In this document: positions 1 through 9,918 of the stretch, piece after piece
Layout of the letters: each line of letters begins with the position of its first letter
Numbering within the stretch: position 1 is the first letter of the stretch
IMG/VR virus record: IMGVR_UViG_3300017989_000063
Reading direction: 5' to 3' (one strand)
Length of the DNA: 64,000 bases
Source: an uncultured virus (IMG/VR IMGVR_UViG_3300017989_000063)
Taxonomy: Duplodnaviria; Heunggongvirae; Uroviricota; Caudoviricetes
Notes under the pieces: generated by a model
Database searches by the model: none
What the model was told of the DNA's origin: nothing
What the model saw: only the letters and a program-made list of their open reading frames with translations
Made by a program: the position numbers and the translations under genes

Positions 1-2983
1 CGCCAACGGCATGGTCTTCCTCGACGCCGCCGGCAACCCGGTCTACGAGCTCAACATCGACATCGACCGGGACATCTACGGCACGTCGAACCCGCCGCTG
101 TACGCGGTGGCCGTGGACTTCGTCGGCGTCGAGCCTCAGGCCGGCGTCGACTACGGCGCGGGCCAGATCGTCTGGCTCGGTGCTCCAGTTCCGGGACCGG
201 GCGCGGACCTGGCCGAGATCGTGGCGGCCTACCGCTTCCCGAACGGCGGTCTGGGCGAGGGGATGCTCATCCTCCGCGGCATGCAGACGCCGGCCCTGTG
301 GATTCCGGGTGCGCCGCTGCAGGCGGACGACGGAACCCCGGCCCCGCTCGCTCCCTCCTCCGTGATCGCTGCCGGCGCGGCGCCGTTCACCGGCATCCCG
401 CTGCCCGTCGACAACGCCTGGGGAGCCACGGTCTACAACGAGATCAGCGAGCTCGTCGCCGACATGAACGCCGTGACCGATCACAACGGCGTCGCGTGGC
501 TGGGCAACTACCTCGAGCTCTACGACGCCAGCGAGAACGAGCTGATGCGTCTCGGCATCCGCAGCGAGGGCGTCATCGTCAGCAACGAGGTGCGGATCAC
601 GGTGTCGGCGATCAACACCAGGGCCGCCATCGTCAACCCCATCGACAACCTCGAGGACGACACCCTCGGCTTCTGGGCCACCAAGTTCTCGGACGGCACC
701 GGACGTCAGCAGAGGCCCGAGCTCAAGGGAGGAGCGCTGACCTTCCCGCTGACCATCCCCGGCGTGGCTCCGGCCACGGTCACCGGCATCAACCTGTCCG
801 GTGATGAGTGGGTCAACGACCTGGCCGCGGACATCGTGGGCATCCCCAACGTCCGCGAGCTCTTGCTGGGAGCGAGTGGCCTGTGGTACGGCCTGATGAG
901 CCCGTTCACCCCGGGTACCCCGCCGGCCCTCCCGCTGGCCCCCATCCCCAACCCGTGGCGCGCTGCCGGCGTCGAGGCCTACAACACGGTGGAGGGCGGT
1001 CAGGACGTGCTCGTCCTCCGCGGGCCGACCGATGGCTTCGCGCAGAGCGTCGAATCCGAGGCGACCACCCAGACCTACGAGGGCTGGCAGCTGCTCAACC
1101 TGGCCGTGGGTGCGCTGGGCTTCGGCACCGACTCCCTCAACGGCAACCGCCTGCGCTTCCAGTTCAACGGCAGCCCGCGGGTGTACGACACCGTCGCCCC
1201 GAGCAACTCGCTGCTGGCGCTCATCGACGCCATCAATAGCGACGCCGGCTTCGACGTGGCCAGCCTGGGCGGCACGACCAACGAGGCCCTGAAGCTGACC
1301 TCCCCGCTGACCGGCGTGGCCTCCAGCGTGCAGATGCTGGACGCCGACCCGGACGAGGACTCGGCCTGGAACACGGATCCGACTCTCTTCCCCGGCGCCG
1401 CGGCCGCGTGGCGCCTGGGCATGACTACCCGGGACGGGGTGGGTGGCAACGACTTCGCCGTCGGTGCCGGCAGGCCGCTGCCGGACGCCTACGTCCCCAC
1501 GGCAACTGGATCGCTGCACGTCGGTGCGGAGATCTTCAGGCATCCGACCACGGGCTACCCGCTCTACCCCGCGGTGGGCAACCACTACATCGAGTACCGG
1601 GCTCACCGCCTGGACGTGACGCCGAGGGCGGCCAACCCGGGGCTTCTCGTGTTCAACGACACGGATGAGGAAGACGACGCCCTCTCCCCCCTGGACACGA
1701 ACAACCCGCTCGGCCTGGGTGTCTTCATCCAGACGCTGAACGCGCCGGGTGTGCAGAACTCCTGCCTCGGAGTCCCCGAGATCTCCACGGGTGCGATGGA
1801 CGGCACGCTGCAGGGCTACGCCGAGGCGCTCGACTTCCTCGAGAAGGAAGACGTCTACGGCATGGCGCCGCTCACCCACATGGACACGGTCCACCAGGCG
1901 TTCAACACCCACGTCCTGGCGATGAGCGAGCCGGACCGTCGCGGCGAGAGGATCTTCTTCTTCAACCCGCCGGTCCCGACCTTCGCCAACCCGACGCTGG
2001 TCTCCAGCGGCACCGACGGCGAGAGCGTCGCCGGTCAGACGGCCCAGTTCCTGATGGACTCCAACCCGGCCGCAGCCCTGGCCGCTCAGGGCCTCGACCC
2101 GGCGCTCCCGTTCACCGTGGACGACGGTGTCTACATCGAGCTCACCGCCGGAGGCGAGACTCGGCACTACAACCTCTCGGGCGTCAACGCCTCGCTGGCT
2201 CTGTTCAACCTGGGACCGTTCACGGACCCGGACGACCAGAGCTTCTACAGCACCACGCCGCTGACCGAGACCCTGTCCGGTGAGGACTGGTCGCTGTTCA
2301 TCCGTGGCGCCAAGCTGGTCATCCCGGGTACCACTCGGGTGGACTACGGCGCGGTGGCCGAGACGGTGGCTGGCGCGGCCGCGGGCTACAAGAACCGTCG
2401 GGCCTACTACGTCTTCCCGGACAGAGCCAAGACCAACCTCTCCGGCACCGAGATCGAGATCGAGGGCTACTACCTCTGCTCGGCCGCGGCCGGCATGTGC
2501 GCGCAGCTGGCCCCGCAGCAGGGCCACACGAACTACCCGATGGCCGGCTTCACCGGCGTCATCGGCTCCAACGACGTGATGCGCGATGACCAGATGGACA
2601 CCATGGCCGCAGGCGGTGTCTATACCATCATCCAGGAGGTGGACGGCGCGCCGCTCACCTGTCGCCACCAGCTCTCGACGGACACCACGAGCATCGAGAC
2701 CCGCGAGCTCTCGATCACCAAGGCCGTCGACTATGTGGCCAAGTTCCTGCGCACAGGCATCAAGAACTTCATCGGCATCTCGAACATCACGCCCGAGCTC
2801 CTGGACACGATCTCCGCAGTGGTGCAGGGGCACCTCGACTTCCTGCTCGAGTCGGGCATCATCGCCGGCGGCGAGGTGAACAACATCGTGCAGGACAGCA
2901 CGCAGCCGGACCGCGTGCTGGTGGACGTGACCCTGAAGGTCCTCTACCCCTGCAACTACATCCGCCTGACCCTGGTCATCTAG
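1..2983 (+). CDS. Tail sheath protein, very large, 5'-truncated by window edge
   Basis: Frame is open from base 2. C-terminus (RHQLSTD...RELSITKAVDYVAKFLR...DRVLVDVTLKVLYPCNYIRLTLVI) is a typical contractile sheath C-terminal domain; tube gene lies downstream. Confidence 0.85.
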   Translation, partial: ANGMVFLDAAGNPVYELNIDIDRDIYGTSNPPLYAVAVDFVGVEPQAGVDYGAGQIVWLGAPVPGPGADLAEIVAAYRFPNGGLGEGMLILRGMQTPALWIPGAPLQADDGTPAPLAPSSVIAAGAAPFTGIPLPVDNAWGATVYNEISELVADMNAVTDHNGVAWLGNYLELYDASENELMRLGIRSEGVIVSNEVRITVSAINTRAAIVNPIDNLEDDTLGFWATKFSDGTGRQQRPELKGGALTFPLTIPGVAPATVTGINLSGDEWVNDLAADIVGIPNVRELLLGASGLWYGLMSPFTPGTPPALPLAPIPNPWRAAGVEAYNTVEGGQDVLVLRGPTDGFAQSVESEATTQTYEGWQLLNLAVGALGFGTDSLNGNRLRFQFNGSPRVYDTVAPSNSLLALIDAINSDAGFDVASLGGTTNEALKLTSPLTGVASSVQMLDADPDEDSAWNTDPTLFPGAAAAWRLGMTTRDGVGGNDFAVGAGRPLPDAYVPTATGSLHVGAEIFRHPTTGYPLYPAVGNHYIEYRAHRLDVTPRAANPGLLVFNDTDEEDDALSPLDTNNPLGLGVFIQTLNAPGVQNSCLGVPEISTGAMDGTLQGYAEALDFLEKEDVYGMAPLTHMDTVHQAFNTHVLAMSEPDRRGERIFFFNPPVPTFANPTLVSSGTDGESVAGQTAQFLMDSNPAAALAAQGLDPALPFTVDDGVYIELTAGGETRHYNLSGVNASLALFNLGPFTDPDDQSFYSTTPLTETLSGEDWSLFIRGAKLVIPGTTRVDYGAVAETVAGAAAGYKNRRAYYVFPDRAKTNLSGTEIEIEGYYLCSAAAGMCAQLAPQQGHTNYPMAGFTGVIGSNDVMRDDQMDTMAAGGVYTIIQEVDGAPLTCRHQLSTDTTSIETRELSITKAVDYVAKFLRTGIKNFIGISNITPELLDTISAVVQGHLDFLLESGIIAGGEVNNIVQDSTQPDRVLVDVTLKVLYPCNYIRLTLVI

Positions 2984-2999
2984 GACGGGAGGCTGGCCC

Positions 3000-3386
3000 A
3001 TGTCTGGTTCGAGAACCTCCGGCTACATCCCGCCTCTCGAGCGGACGTTCGCCCAGGAGACTGGGGTGGGGCCGGCAGGTGCCGTCTTGCGGCTGCGCGC
3101 TCCCAAGTGGGGAGTCCTCCGCAGCATCACGGTGGTGCTCACCACTGCGGTGCCGGTGGCCACGAAGTTCAACATCGAGGTCTTCGAGTCCTCGGTTGTG
3201 GCCACCCTCGCCAACCGGATCTTCTTCTACGAGGACTGGCTCGTCGCTGACGGCGAGTTCGGAGTCGTCAGAGAGATCCCCTACTCCAACGTGGAGGACG
3301 AGAACTACCTGTACGTTCGCATCACCCCGGACGCCGGGGCGGAAGACTTCGACGTGGTCCTCAAGGCCGTGAATGACGGACGGTGA
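3000..3386 (+). CDS. Hypothetical virion-associated beta-rich protein
   Basis: GGAGG RBS, follows the sheath gene directly, beta-strand-like composition. Confidence 0.6.
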   Translation: MSGSRTSGYIPPLERTFAQETGVGPAGAVLRLRAPKWGVLRSITVVLTTAVPVATKFNIEVFESSVVATLANRIFFYEDWLVADGEFGVVREIPYSNVEDENYLYVRITPDAGAEDFDVVLKAVNDGR

Positions 3387-3389
3387 CGA

Positions 3390-5138
3390 ATGCCGCAGAG
3401 AGTACCACTTCCAGAGTCGGGTGACCACCAGCAGCTGCTCAACCTGCAGGGCGGTACGCTGGCGGAGAGATACCATCTCGACCAGACGGAGCACGACTCG
3501 CTCGTCGGATCGATCTCCTCTACGGTTCAGACCCTTCGCGTCGCCCCGTGGGGGCAGCCGACCAACAACGGCCAGTGGGGAAGTCCGGTCGACACCATCC
3601 AGGCAGCCATCAACTTGGCCAACACCTTGTTCATCGGTCAGTCTGTCTGTATCGTTGTCGAGCCCGGCACGTACAATGAGAGCGTGCTGGCCAGCTTTGC
3701 TGCAGGAGCGTCCCCTAGCTACATCTCTCTCATAGGGCGAGCGTCGGGGGAGACATTCATCTCTGGCGCGGCCGGATCTCCTGGCCTGGATGTCGTCTTC
3801 ACCGATGAGGGAGGTATCTTCCTCGACCACATCATCGTCCTCGGGAACGAAGCACTCGAGCCGGCCATCAAGGTCGTGGCCAACGTCGCTGACATCTCCA
3901 AAAGGTGGGAGGCCCGCTTCCACGATGTGGGTGCCATCGACCAGGCCGGAGGGGGAGCGTTCAAGATCGGGGTCCCGTCGGACTGCCTAGAAGGGTTGGT
4001 GGACCACCGGTTCTGCACCATCCACACATTCAACGGCCTGGCGTTGGAGTTCGACACCACGGGAGCTCTGAACGGAAGAGTCGAGTTCGCCGGCGACTCC
4101 ACGCTCTTCGGTGGGGGCATCCCTCCGGCTGTCGGCACGATGCCGTGCATCCAGGGTGTGTCTCCTACAATCCTGGTGGAGATGAACTACAGCGAGTCGA
4201 ACGTCTTCGCCGACCGGCCATTCCAGAACCTGATCGATCTCGACGGCAACATCAGCGCGTTCTTTGGGTCGGACTGCGGGATTGCATTCCAAGGACCTGG
4301 CTCCCACACCGCGGGAGACAACGCGATCAAGCTGCGAAACGGTGCCACATTCCAGGCAGCGTTCTCGGCCATCGGGCACGGCGCCGGCGACTACGTGGCC
4401 GACATCGGTGCTGGCTGTGGGTTCATGTTCGGTGGAATCACCACGGTCGACCAGGACCTCGACAACGAGCTCCTCATCGACCCGGCCGGCTTCGTCTACC
4501 GCTTCTTCAACAGCCAGGTCATCGGCCCGGGTCCGAAGTCCGCGGCCTACGTCGCTGGCGGGACGAACTTCCCGGGCCTCGACGACCAGCTCTACGGTGG
4601 GATGCGCTGGACTACAGCGGGACGGCCGGCTCCGGCTGCCACTGAGCACCCTACCGGCTTCAACACCGACATCGGGCAGATGGAGTACTGGGACGGCGCA
4701 GCGTGGCGCCACTTCGGTGACACGAACGTGCTCTTCACTCCCGAAGGCGGCATCGCCGTCCTCGTGACCAACAACACCGGAGCTCCTTCCGTCAAGGGAA
4801 CAGTCCTGGAGGCTTCTCCCACGGTCGACGGAGGGACGCAGGTATCCGCTGTGTCCGCCCTCGATCCTATCGGAGTGGCCTACGACAACGGAGTACCTGA
4901 CGGGTCTCAGATGTGGATGGTCATCTCCGGCCGCTGTCAGGTGCTTCTTGAGGACGGGACAGCGGCCACGAGGGAGTACTGGGCCGGAACGTCCAACTCG
5001 CAGGCTGGGAGAGCGACGGTCAACACCGCCGCACCTCCGGGCGCTGTACTACAGCACTTCCAGGAGCTCGGACATGGGTCCGAGAACGTGACCGCCGGCA
5101 TCAACAAGCTGGCGTTCATCTGGCTGCACTTCAACTAG
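3390..5138 (+). CDS. Virion structural/fibre-like protein with pectin-lyase-like N-terminal region
   Basis: GSPVDTIQAAINLA...IVVEPGTYNE beta-helix cap motif; Gly-rich body; C-terminal DPIGVAYDNGVPDG...VISG decoration-like module. Confidence 0.6.
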   Translation: MPQRVPLPESGDHQQLLNLQGGTLAERYHLDQTEHDSLVGSISSTVQTLRVAPWGQPTNNGQWGSPVDTIQAAINLANTLFIGQSVCIVVEPGTYNESVLASFAAGASPSYISLIGRASGETFISGAAGSPGLDVVFTDEGGIFLDHIIVLGNEALEPAIKVVANVADISKRWEARFHDVGAIDQAGGGAFKIGVPSDCLEGLVDHRFCTIHTFNGLALEFDTTGALNGRVEFAGDSTLFGGGIPPAVGTMPCIQGVSPTILVEMNYSESNVFADRPFQNLIDLDGNISAFFGSDCGIAFQGPGSHTAGDNAIKLRNGATFQAAFSAIGHGAGDYVADIGAGCGFMFGGITTVDQDLDNELLIDPAGFVYRFFNSQVIGPGPKSAAYVAGGTNFPGLDDQLYGGMRWTTAGRPAPAATEHPTGFNTDIGQMEYWDGAAWRHFGDTNVLFTPEGGIAVLVTNNTGAPSVKGTVLEASPTVDGGTQVSAVSALDPIGVAYDNGVPDGSQMWMVISGRCQVLLEDGTAATREYWAGTSNSQAGRATVNTAAPPGAVLQHFQELGHGSENVTAGINKLAFIWLHFN

Positions 5139-5162
5139 CCTCAGAGGAGAGGAGAGAACGAG

Positions 5163-5993
5163 ATGAGAACCAGTCAGCTTCAGGAGACGAGCCGCGGCGT
5201 CATCCAGCACGTCTACGTGGACCCGGTCAAGGGTGTGGACACCAACCCCGGCACCATGTCGATGCCGTTCCAGACGATCACGGCGGCCCTCGCCTCGATC
5301 ACGGACGCCAGCGCCGTCAAGCGCTACGCCGTGGTCCTGGCCCCGGGCAACTACGTCGAGAACGTCGTGATGATCCCGTGGGTCACCATCGTGGGCGCCT
5401 CGTTCGGCGTGGACTCCGCGATGATCCAGGCCCCCGTCGGACACACTGTGACGTTCCCGGCCGCGATGGCGGGCGATGGCGCAGCGGTCGAGAACGTCCG
5501 CATCGAGTGCCAGGACCCGGCAGTGGCCAGTCGGGGCGTGTTCTGCGACAACGGAGGTAGCGGAACCCTGCGCAACTGCTCCGTGGCCAACACGGGCGGT
5601 GGCGATGGCACGGAGTGCGTGGCCGGCGGCGTCCTGCTGCACTACGACTGCGCGGTCTTGGCAGTGGCTGCGCCCGCGTCCTCGCACGACGGCTTCGGTG
5701 GTTACGTCGGTGGGTCCTACACCGGCGACGGCGTCGCTCCCGACGTCGTGCTGACCGCCGCCGCGGTGGTGATTCTGACGCCGGATGTCCAGCTGGGCAA
5801 CCTGACGATCAACGTGGTCGCCGGCGCCACCATCATGCCGCGCACGTCGATGCTGATGATCCCGGGCGTCGAGCTCAACCCTGCCAACTGGGCTCCGGGT
5901 CCCGGTGGCCCGACTCCGCTCGATCTGCTCGAGGCCATCGACCGGATCGCGACGCAGGTGGTGGTTCTGTCCGCGGCGGTGCCGATCCCGTAG
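5163..5993 (+). CDS. DUF1565/pectin-lyase-like beta-helix virion protein
   Basis: YVDPVKGVDTNPGT..PFQTITAAL...VVLAPGNYVE motif; AGGAG RBS. Confidence 0.65.
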   Translation: MRTSQLQETSRGVIQHVYVDPVKGVDTNPGTMSMPFQTITAALASITDASAVKRYAVVLAPGNYVENVVMIPWVTIVGASFGVDSAMIQAPVGHTVTFPAAMAGDGAAVENVRIECQDPAVASRGVFCDNGGSGTLRNCSVANTGGGDGTECVAGGVLLHYDCAVLAVAAPASSHDGFGGYVGGSYTGDGVAPDVVLTAAAVVILTPDVQLGNLTINVVAGATIMPRTSMLMIPGVELNPANWAPGPGGPTPLDLLEAIDRIATQVVVLSAAVPIP

Positions 5994-6049
5994 GCTGGAC
6001 CCAGGAGAACTGATGCAGTAGACTGACGGCAGTCAGACTGGAGGAAGAG

Positions 6050-6859
6050 ATGGAGCACGGACAGTACGACGACCGGTTCTTCGGCGTCTCGCGATACCCG
6101 GTGCGGCCCCACCTGTTGCGTGGCGGTGGCATGGGCAAGGAGGTCTACGACCTCCGCGAGGACATCGCCGATTCGTTGACCGAGGTGGCCTGGGAGATCG
6201 ACAAGGGCACCGGCCACGGCGGCATCAGCGGCTCGGACCTGACCCCGAGCACCAACATCTCGGGCGGCACGGACAACCAGTTCGGCATCAGCGTCAACGG
6301 CGACGCCGTCGAGCAGGTCATCCTGGCCAACGTGACCACGCTGAACACGGCGGCGTTGATCGTCGCTGCGATCAACGCCGCCTTGGCCAAGCTGACCGGC
6401 ACCGACAACAGCTCCGCCAAGGCGTACTACTACGGCGGCCGCTACATCATCGTCGGTCCCTACGACCCGGACGACCCGGCGGCAGCCAGCGTGGTCATCA
6501 GCGACGGCCTGGCGAACAACGTGGCCGACGACCTGAAGATCGGCCTGGCCAACGGCGGTGGGGAGTTCACGGGCAGCCTGTCGGACGCCATCGACGCGCT
6601 GGCCGGTACGGGTCCGAACCCGAGCGCATTCGGTACGGCCGCCTTCCTGGATGCCAACGCCACCGTGGCCGTGGCCTTCGCGACGCCGCAGCCGGACGCC
6701 AACTACCGCGTGGCCCACACGCCGGTGGAGAACACCGCCGGTCTCGCCAACGTGGTCTGCTGGGTCGACAGCAAGACGGTGAACGGCTTCAACCTGAACA
6801 TCTCGGCGGCCCCCGGCGTGGGCTTCCAGGTGGACGTGGACTGGGCCGCGCTGCGGTAG
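6050..6859 (+). CDS. Virion structural protein
   Basis: Gly/Ala/Asn-rich; C-terminal VAFATPQPDANYRV...SKTVNGFNL resembles small beta-sandwich tail-fibre/collar modules. Confidence 0.55.
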   Translation: MEHGQYDDRFFGVSRYPVRPHLLRGGGMGKEVYDLREDIADSLTEVAWEIDKGTGHGGISGSDLTPSTNISGGTDNQFGISVNGDAVEQVILANVTTLNTAALIVAAINAALAKLTGTDNSSAKAYYYGGRYIIVGPYDPDDPAAASVVISDGLANNVADDLKIGLANGGGEFTGSLSDAIDALAGTGPNPSAFGTAAFLDANATVAVAFATPQPDANYRVAHTPVENTAGLANVVCWVDSKTVNGFNLNISAAPGVGFQVDVDWAALR

Positions 6860-7038
6860 TGGCCAAGGGCCGCACCAAGAGCTTGGTCCGGCTACGCAAC
6901 CGGGCCAAGCGTGCGAGAAAGCTCTTCGGGATACGGTTCGGTCCCGGAGAGGAGAAGAGTGTGTTCCGGGCGAACCTGCACCTCTGGGATCGTAACTGGA
7001 GGAGCACCGCCCGCGAGCTTGGCTTCGAGGTGAGCTGA
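6859..7038 (+). CDS. Small basic hypothetical protein (59 aa, absent from ORF track)
   Basis: GTG overlaps the upstream TAG and its TGA overlaps the next ATG; translates MAKGRTKSLVRLRNRAKRARKLFG... Confidence 0.55.
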   Translation: MAKGRTKSLVRLRNRAKRARKLFGIRFGPGEEKSVFRANLHLWDRNWRSTARELGFEVS

Positions 7039-7298
7039 TGGCCGAGTCCAAGAAGAAGGAGAAGCGGGTCAAGGATCTCGATCTCTTCTCCAAGAACTTC
7101 GACAACCTCTCCGTGCTGACCGAGTGGGTGAACGCCCACGGCATCGAGCGAGGGGACGTCGAGGGGATCTACCAGGGCCTGAAGGGCAACCTCTGGTGGC
7201 TCGTGTGGTGGGGGAAGAAGGAGCCGGAGCGGCTGAAGCCCAAGCCCGGCACCGAGACCAAGGACGACCAGCCTTCCGAGGAGGAGAACGATGGGTGA
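7038..7298 (+). CDS. Hypothetical protein
   Basis: Overlaps both neighbours; GAGGTG RBS. Confidence 0.6.
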   Translation: MAESKKKEKRVKDLDLFSKNFDNLSVLTEWVNAHGIERGDVEGIYQGLKGNLWWLVWWGKKEPERLKPKPGTETKDDQPSEEENDG

Positions 7299-8013
7299 TT
7301 GCATCCAGAGGTGGTCCCCGTACACCAGCTACGTCCAGGAAGGTCTGGCTGACGGGCAGTTCCTGAACGCGGCGTTCACGCTGCTGGCCGCGGGCCCCCC
7401 GCGCCTGGCCAACATCGGCGGTGCGACCGCCGGAGCTGCGCTGATCGGGAGTGGCGGTCCTTGCATCGCGTGGCCCGTGGGCATCGTGCAGAACGTCAAC
7501 CTGTCCCACACCCGGCAGTTCAACCGCATCTTCGAGCTCGGCTCGGAGCGGTCGTACTTCATCAGCGGTCGGACGATGGGGCAGCTGGCGCTCTCGCGCA
7601 TCCTGTACCACGGTCCGTCGCTGCTGCGCGTGCTCTACGCGTACTACAACGACCAGCTCCCGCCGACCTTCGTCCAGCCGATGTTCCAGTCCCTCGGCTC
7701 GGTGGTCACGCCCAACCCGCACAACGTGATCATCCCGCCGGGCTACCAGAACATCTTCCTGAACCTGGCGTCGGATCTCTTCAACCAGCCCATCGGGATG
7801 CTGATGTACCTCAAGGACTCGAACGAGAGCACCGTCGGTGCGATCTACCTCGAGGGCAGCTACGTCCCGAACCACACCATCGCCACCGACGCCCAGGGCA
7901 CGGTCATCAGCGAGAACGCGGCGCTGCAGTTCGAGCGCGGCGTGCCGGTCGCGGTGCAGGCCATCGGCCTCATCAACAGTGCAAGCCTCGACGCGCTGGG
8001 GATCGGCGGCTGA
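7291..8013 (+). CDS. Tail tube protein
   Basis: PVGIVQNVNLSHTRQFNRIFELGSERSYFISGRT...AIYLEGSYV...VISENAALQFER pattern of large-myophage tube proteins; near the sheath gene. Confidence 0.75.
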   Translation: MGDCIQRWSPYTSYVQEGLADGQFLNAAFTLLAAGPPRLANIGGATAGAALIGSGGPCIAWPVGIVQNVNLSHTRQFNRIFELGSERSYFISGRTMGQLALSRILYHGPSLLRVLYAYYNDQLPPTFVQPMFQSLGSVVTPNPHNVIIPPGYQNIFLNLASDLFNQPIGMLMYLKDSNESTVGAIYLEGSYVPNHTIATDAQGTVISENAALQFERGVPVAVQAIGLINSASLDALGIGG

Positions 8014-8783
8014 TGGCTGACCTCCTGCGGGTGGCCAGCATCCTGAAGCTGGCCGGCGGGAGCGAGGGGCACGCCGAGGTCTACCCACCTCCGGCCGAGG
8101 TCCTAAAGTTCCTGAAGAAGAAGCCCTCGCCGGAGGACAAGGAGCTCCACGGCTGGTCGGAACAGCAGGGCATCGAGCCGGAGGAGACCGAGGAAGTGGC
8201 CTATGCGCTTCTCGGCAACGTGCTGTCGGGCGGCAAGTCCAAGGGGAATGATCCCAAGGGGCTGGACCAGGGGGAGGTCGCCAAGGGGATCGAGGTGGAG
8301 AAGGAGCACACCGACGTCCCCCAGATCGCCAGGAAGATTGCCCTTGACCATCTGGTCGAACATCCGCGATACTACACAGCGTTGGATGCGATGGAGAAGG
8401 CATTGAAAGAAGGCAAGTCCTCGGCGTCATGGTCAACGAAGAAGGCGTTCGACCAGCGTCTCGCCCGGGTCACCTCCCTGCTGACGAAGGAAGCGACATT
8501 CCCCCGCGCGGTCGCACGAGGCGGGCTCAGGGGAGCCCTGTACGGGATCGGACCTGGTGCTCTGCTCGGCGCCGCCTACCCGTGGATCAGTGGGGAGGGT
8601 CAAGGCGGGGACTCGCCGGCCGCAGGAATCCTCAAGCGCGTCGCCGGCGGCGTGGCGGCCGGCATGGGCGTCGGTGGGACCATCGGCAGCCTGCGCGGTG
8701 TGATGAAGGAGCTCGACCGACTCACCGAGGTGGAGCACACCTCGGAGATGAGTCGTGCTGAACAAGGACTGGTTCCCTCATAG
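8013..8783 (+). CDS. DUF5661-domain protein, putative head-internal protein
   Basis: KGIEVEKEHTD...IARKIALDHLVEHPRYYTAL motif. Likely start is the ATG at 8013 overlapping the tube stop, not 7461. Confidence 0.7.
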   Translation: MADLLRVASILKLAGGSEGHAEVYPPPAEVLKFLKKKPSPEDKELHGWSEQQGIEPEETEEVAYALLGNVLSGGKSKGNDPKGLDQGEVAKGIEVEKEHTDVPQIARKIALDHLVEHPRYYTALDAMEKALKEGKSSASWSTKKAFDQRLARVTSLLTKEATFPRAVARGGLRGALYGIGPGALLGAAYPWISGEGQGGDSPAAGILKRVAGGVAAGMGVGGTIGSLRGVMKELDRLTEVEHTSEMSRAEQGLVPS

Positions 8784-8834
8784 GGGCTGTCGCCTCATCG
8801 AGGGGTTGAACAGGAAGCAGGGAAGGAGAAGACG

Positions 8835-9443
8835 ATGGATCGCAAGAACCTGCTCGAGAAGATCGCTGCGGAGGAGGCGGCAGCCGCGGGGCACATGCAG
8901 AAGGCCGCCGTCCTCAAGCGCCTGGCGGGTGGCTCGGGGATCGGCTCGCCCGATCTCAGCAAGACCGCCGGCGTGAACCTGTCCGAGGCGCTCGCGCGCC
9001 GCAAGTGCGTCGCCGAGGCCGAGAAGGCCGCGGCCGCCGGCCTCGACGTCGAGGCCATCACCGAGGCCTTCGTGGACTCGCTGCAGACCCAGGCGCCGCA
9101 GGCTCCCGCCGCGCCGGCCCCGGCCGTGGACACCTCCAAGGTGGCCTCCGTGCTCCAGGGCGCGCTGCAGCAGCCCGCCGCGCAGCCGCTGGACATCTCC
9201 AAGCTGGCCCAGCAGATCGAGTCCAGCATCCTCCAGAAGCTCGGCATGGAGGACGAGAACGGCAACGGCGGCAACGGCAAGGGCGACGACGAGGAGAACG
9301 GCAACGGCGGTGACAAGAAGTCCATGCTGCTCGCCCAGCTCAAGAAGAAGAAGGGCGAGAAGGAGGCCGAGAAGGCCGCCGCCGCGGGCTTCAACGTCCA
9401 GATGATCGCCGAGGGCGTGCTCGCCGATCTGGGCCTGATCTGA
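8835..9443 (+). CDS. Ala/Lys-rich putative scaffold or head-internal protein
   Basis: Internal repeat EAEKAAAAG(L/F)(D/N)V twice; several K-x-A motifs; low-complexity linkers. Confidence 0.55.
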   Translation: MDRKNLLEKIAAEEAAAAGHMQKAAVLKRLAGGSGIGSPDLSKTAGVNLSEALARRKCVAEAEKAAAAGLDVEAITEAFVDSLQTQAPQAPAAPAPAVDTSKVASVLQGALQQPAAQPLDISKLAQQIESSILQKLGMEDENGNGGNGKGDDEENGNGGDKKSMLLAQLKKKKGEKEAEKAAAAGFNVQMIAEGVLADLGLI

Positions 9444-9460
9444 TCCTGGGCTCTCTGCTC

Positions 9461-9498
9461 GAGGGGCGGCCCTGTCTCTGTCTTGGGGGCCGCCCCTC
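9461..9498 (+). terminator. GC-rich hairpin (terminator or RNA stabiliser)
   Basis: 12-bp stem GAGGGGCGGCCC / GGGCCGCCCCTC in an intergenic gap; no clear U-tract. Confidence 0.5.
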
Positions 9499-9513
9499 AC
9501 CCCCGGAGTCGTC

Positions 9514-9918
9514 ATGCACGCCGACCAGGCCCGTGCCGCTGCATTCCTCGACGAGCTCTCGAAGATCGCCGCGGAGGAAGAGCGGAAGTCGTGGGCTGGG
9601 AGGCATCCGGTAGCAACCGGCCTGGGTGCAGGGGCGGCAGCCGGTACCCTCCTCGGAGGATCCTACTACCTGGGCGGTCAGAGAGGTCGGAAGATCGGCT
9701 TCCACGGTGGTAGGTCCGAGGGCCTCGCCGAGGGCTTCAAGAAGGGCGTCGAACACGCTCGAGCTGCAGCCAAGGCGCCAGTGTCCTCTCGCGTCCAGGA
9801 AGCTGCGGGCAAGGTCCGCGGCGCGGTCGAGTCCGCCAAAGGTGTCGGCCGAGACGTCCTCGACATGATCCGGGTGGGAGGGAGGTCAGCTCGTCGAGCG
9901 GAGAGGGTGGGTCTGTGA
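9514..9918 (+). CDS. Putative head-internal protein with FLDELSKIA motif and Gly-zipper segment
   Basis: N-terminal AFLDELSKIAA; GLGAGAAAGTLLGG. Confidence 0.55.
   Translation: MHADQARAAAFLDELSKIAAEEERKSWAGRHPVATGLGAGAAAGTLLGGSYYLGGQRGRKIGFHGGRSEGLAEGFKKGVEHARAAAKAPVSSRVQEAAGKVRGAVESAKGVGRDVLDMIRVGGRSARRAERVGL

Noticed and set aside
7461..8012. 5' extension of the 440-aa ORF, and similar extensions at 13724, 16505, 25059, 31610, 35116
   Set aside because: They overlap well-supported upstream genes out of frame and translate as Arg/Pro-rich noise typical of high-GC shadow frames.
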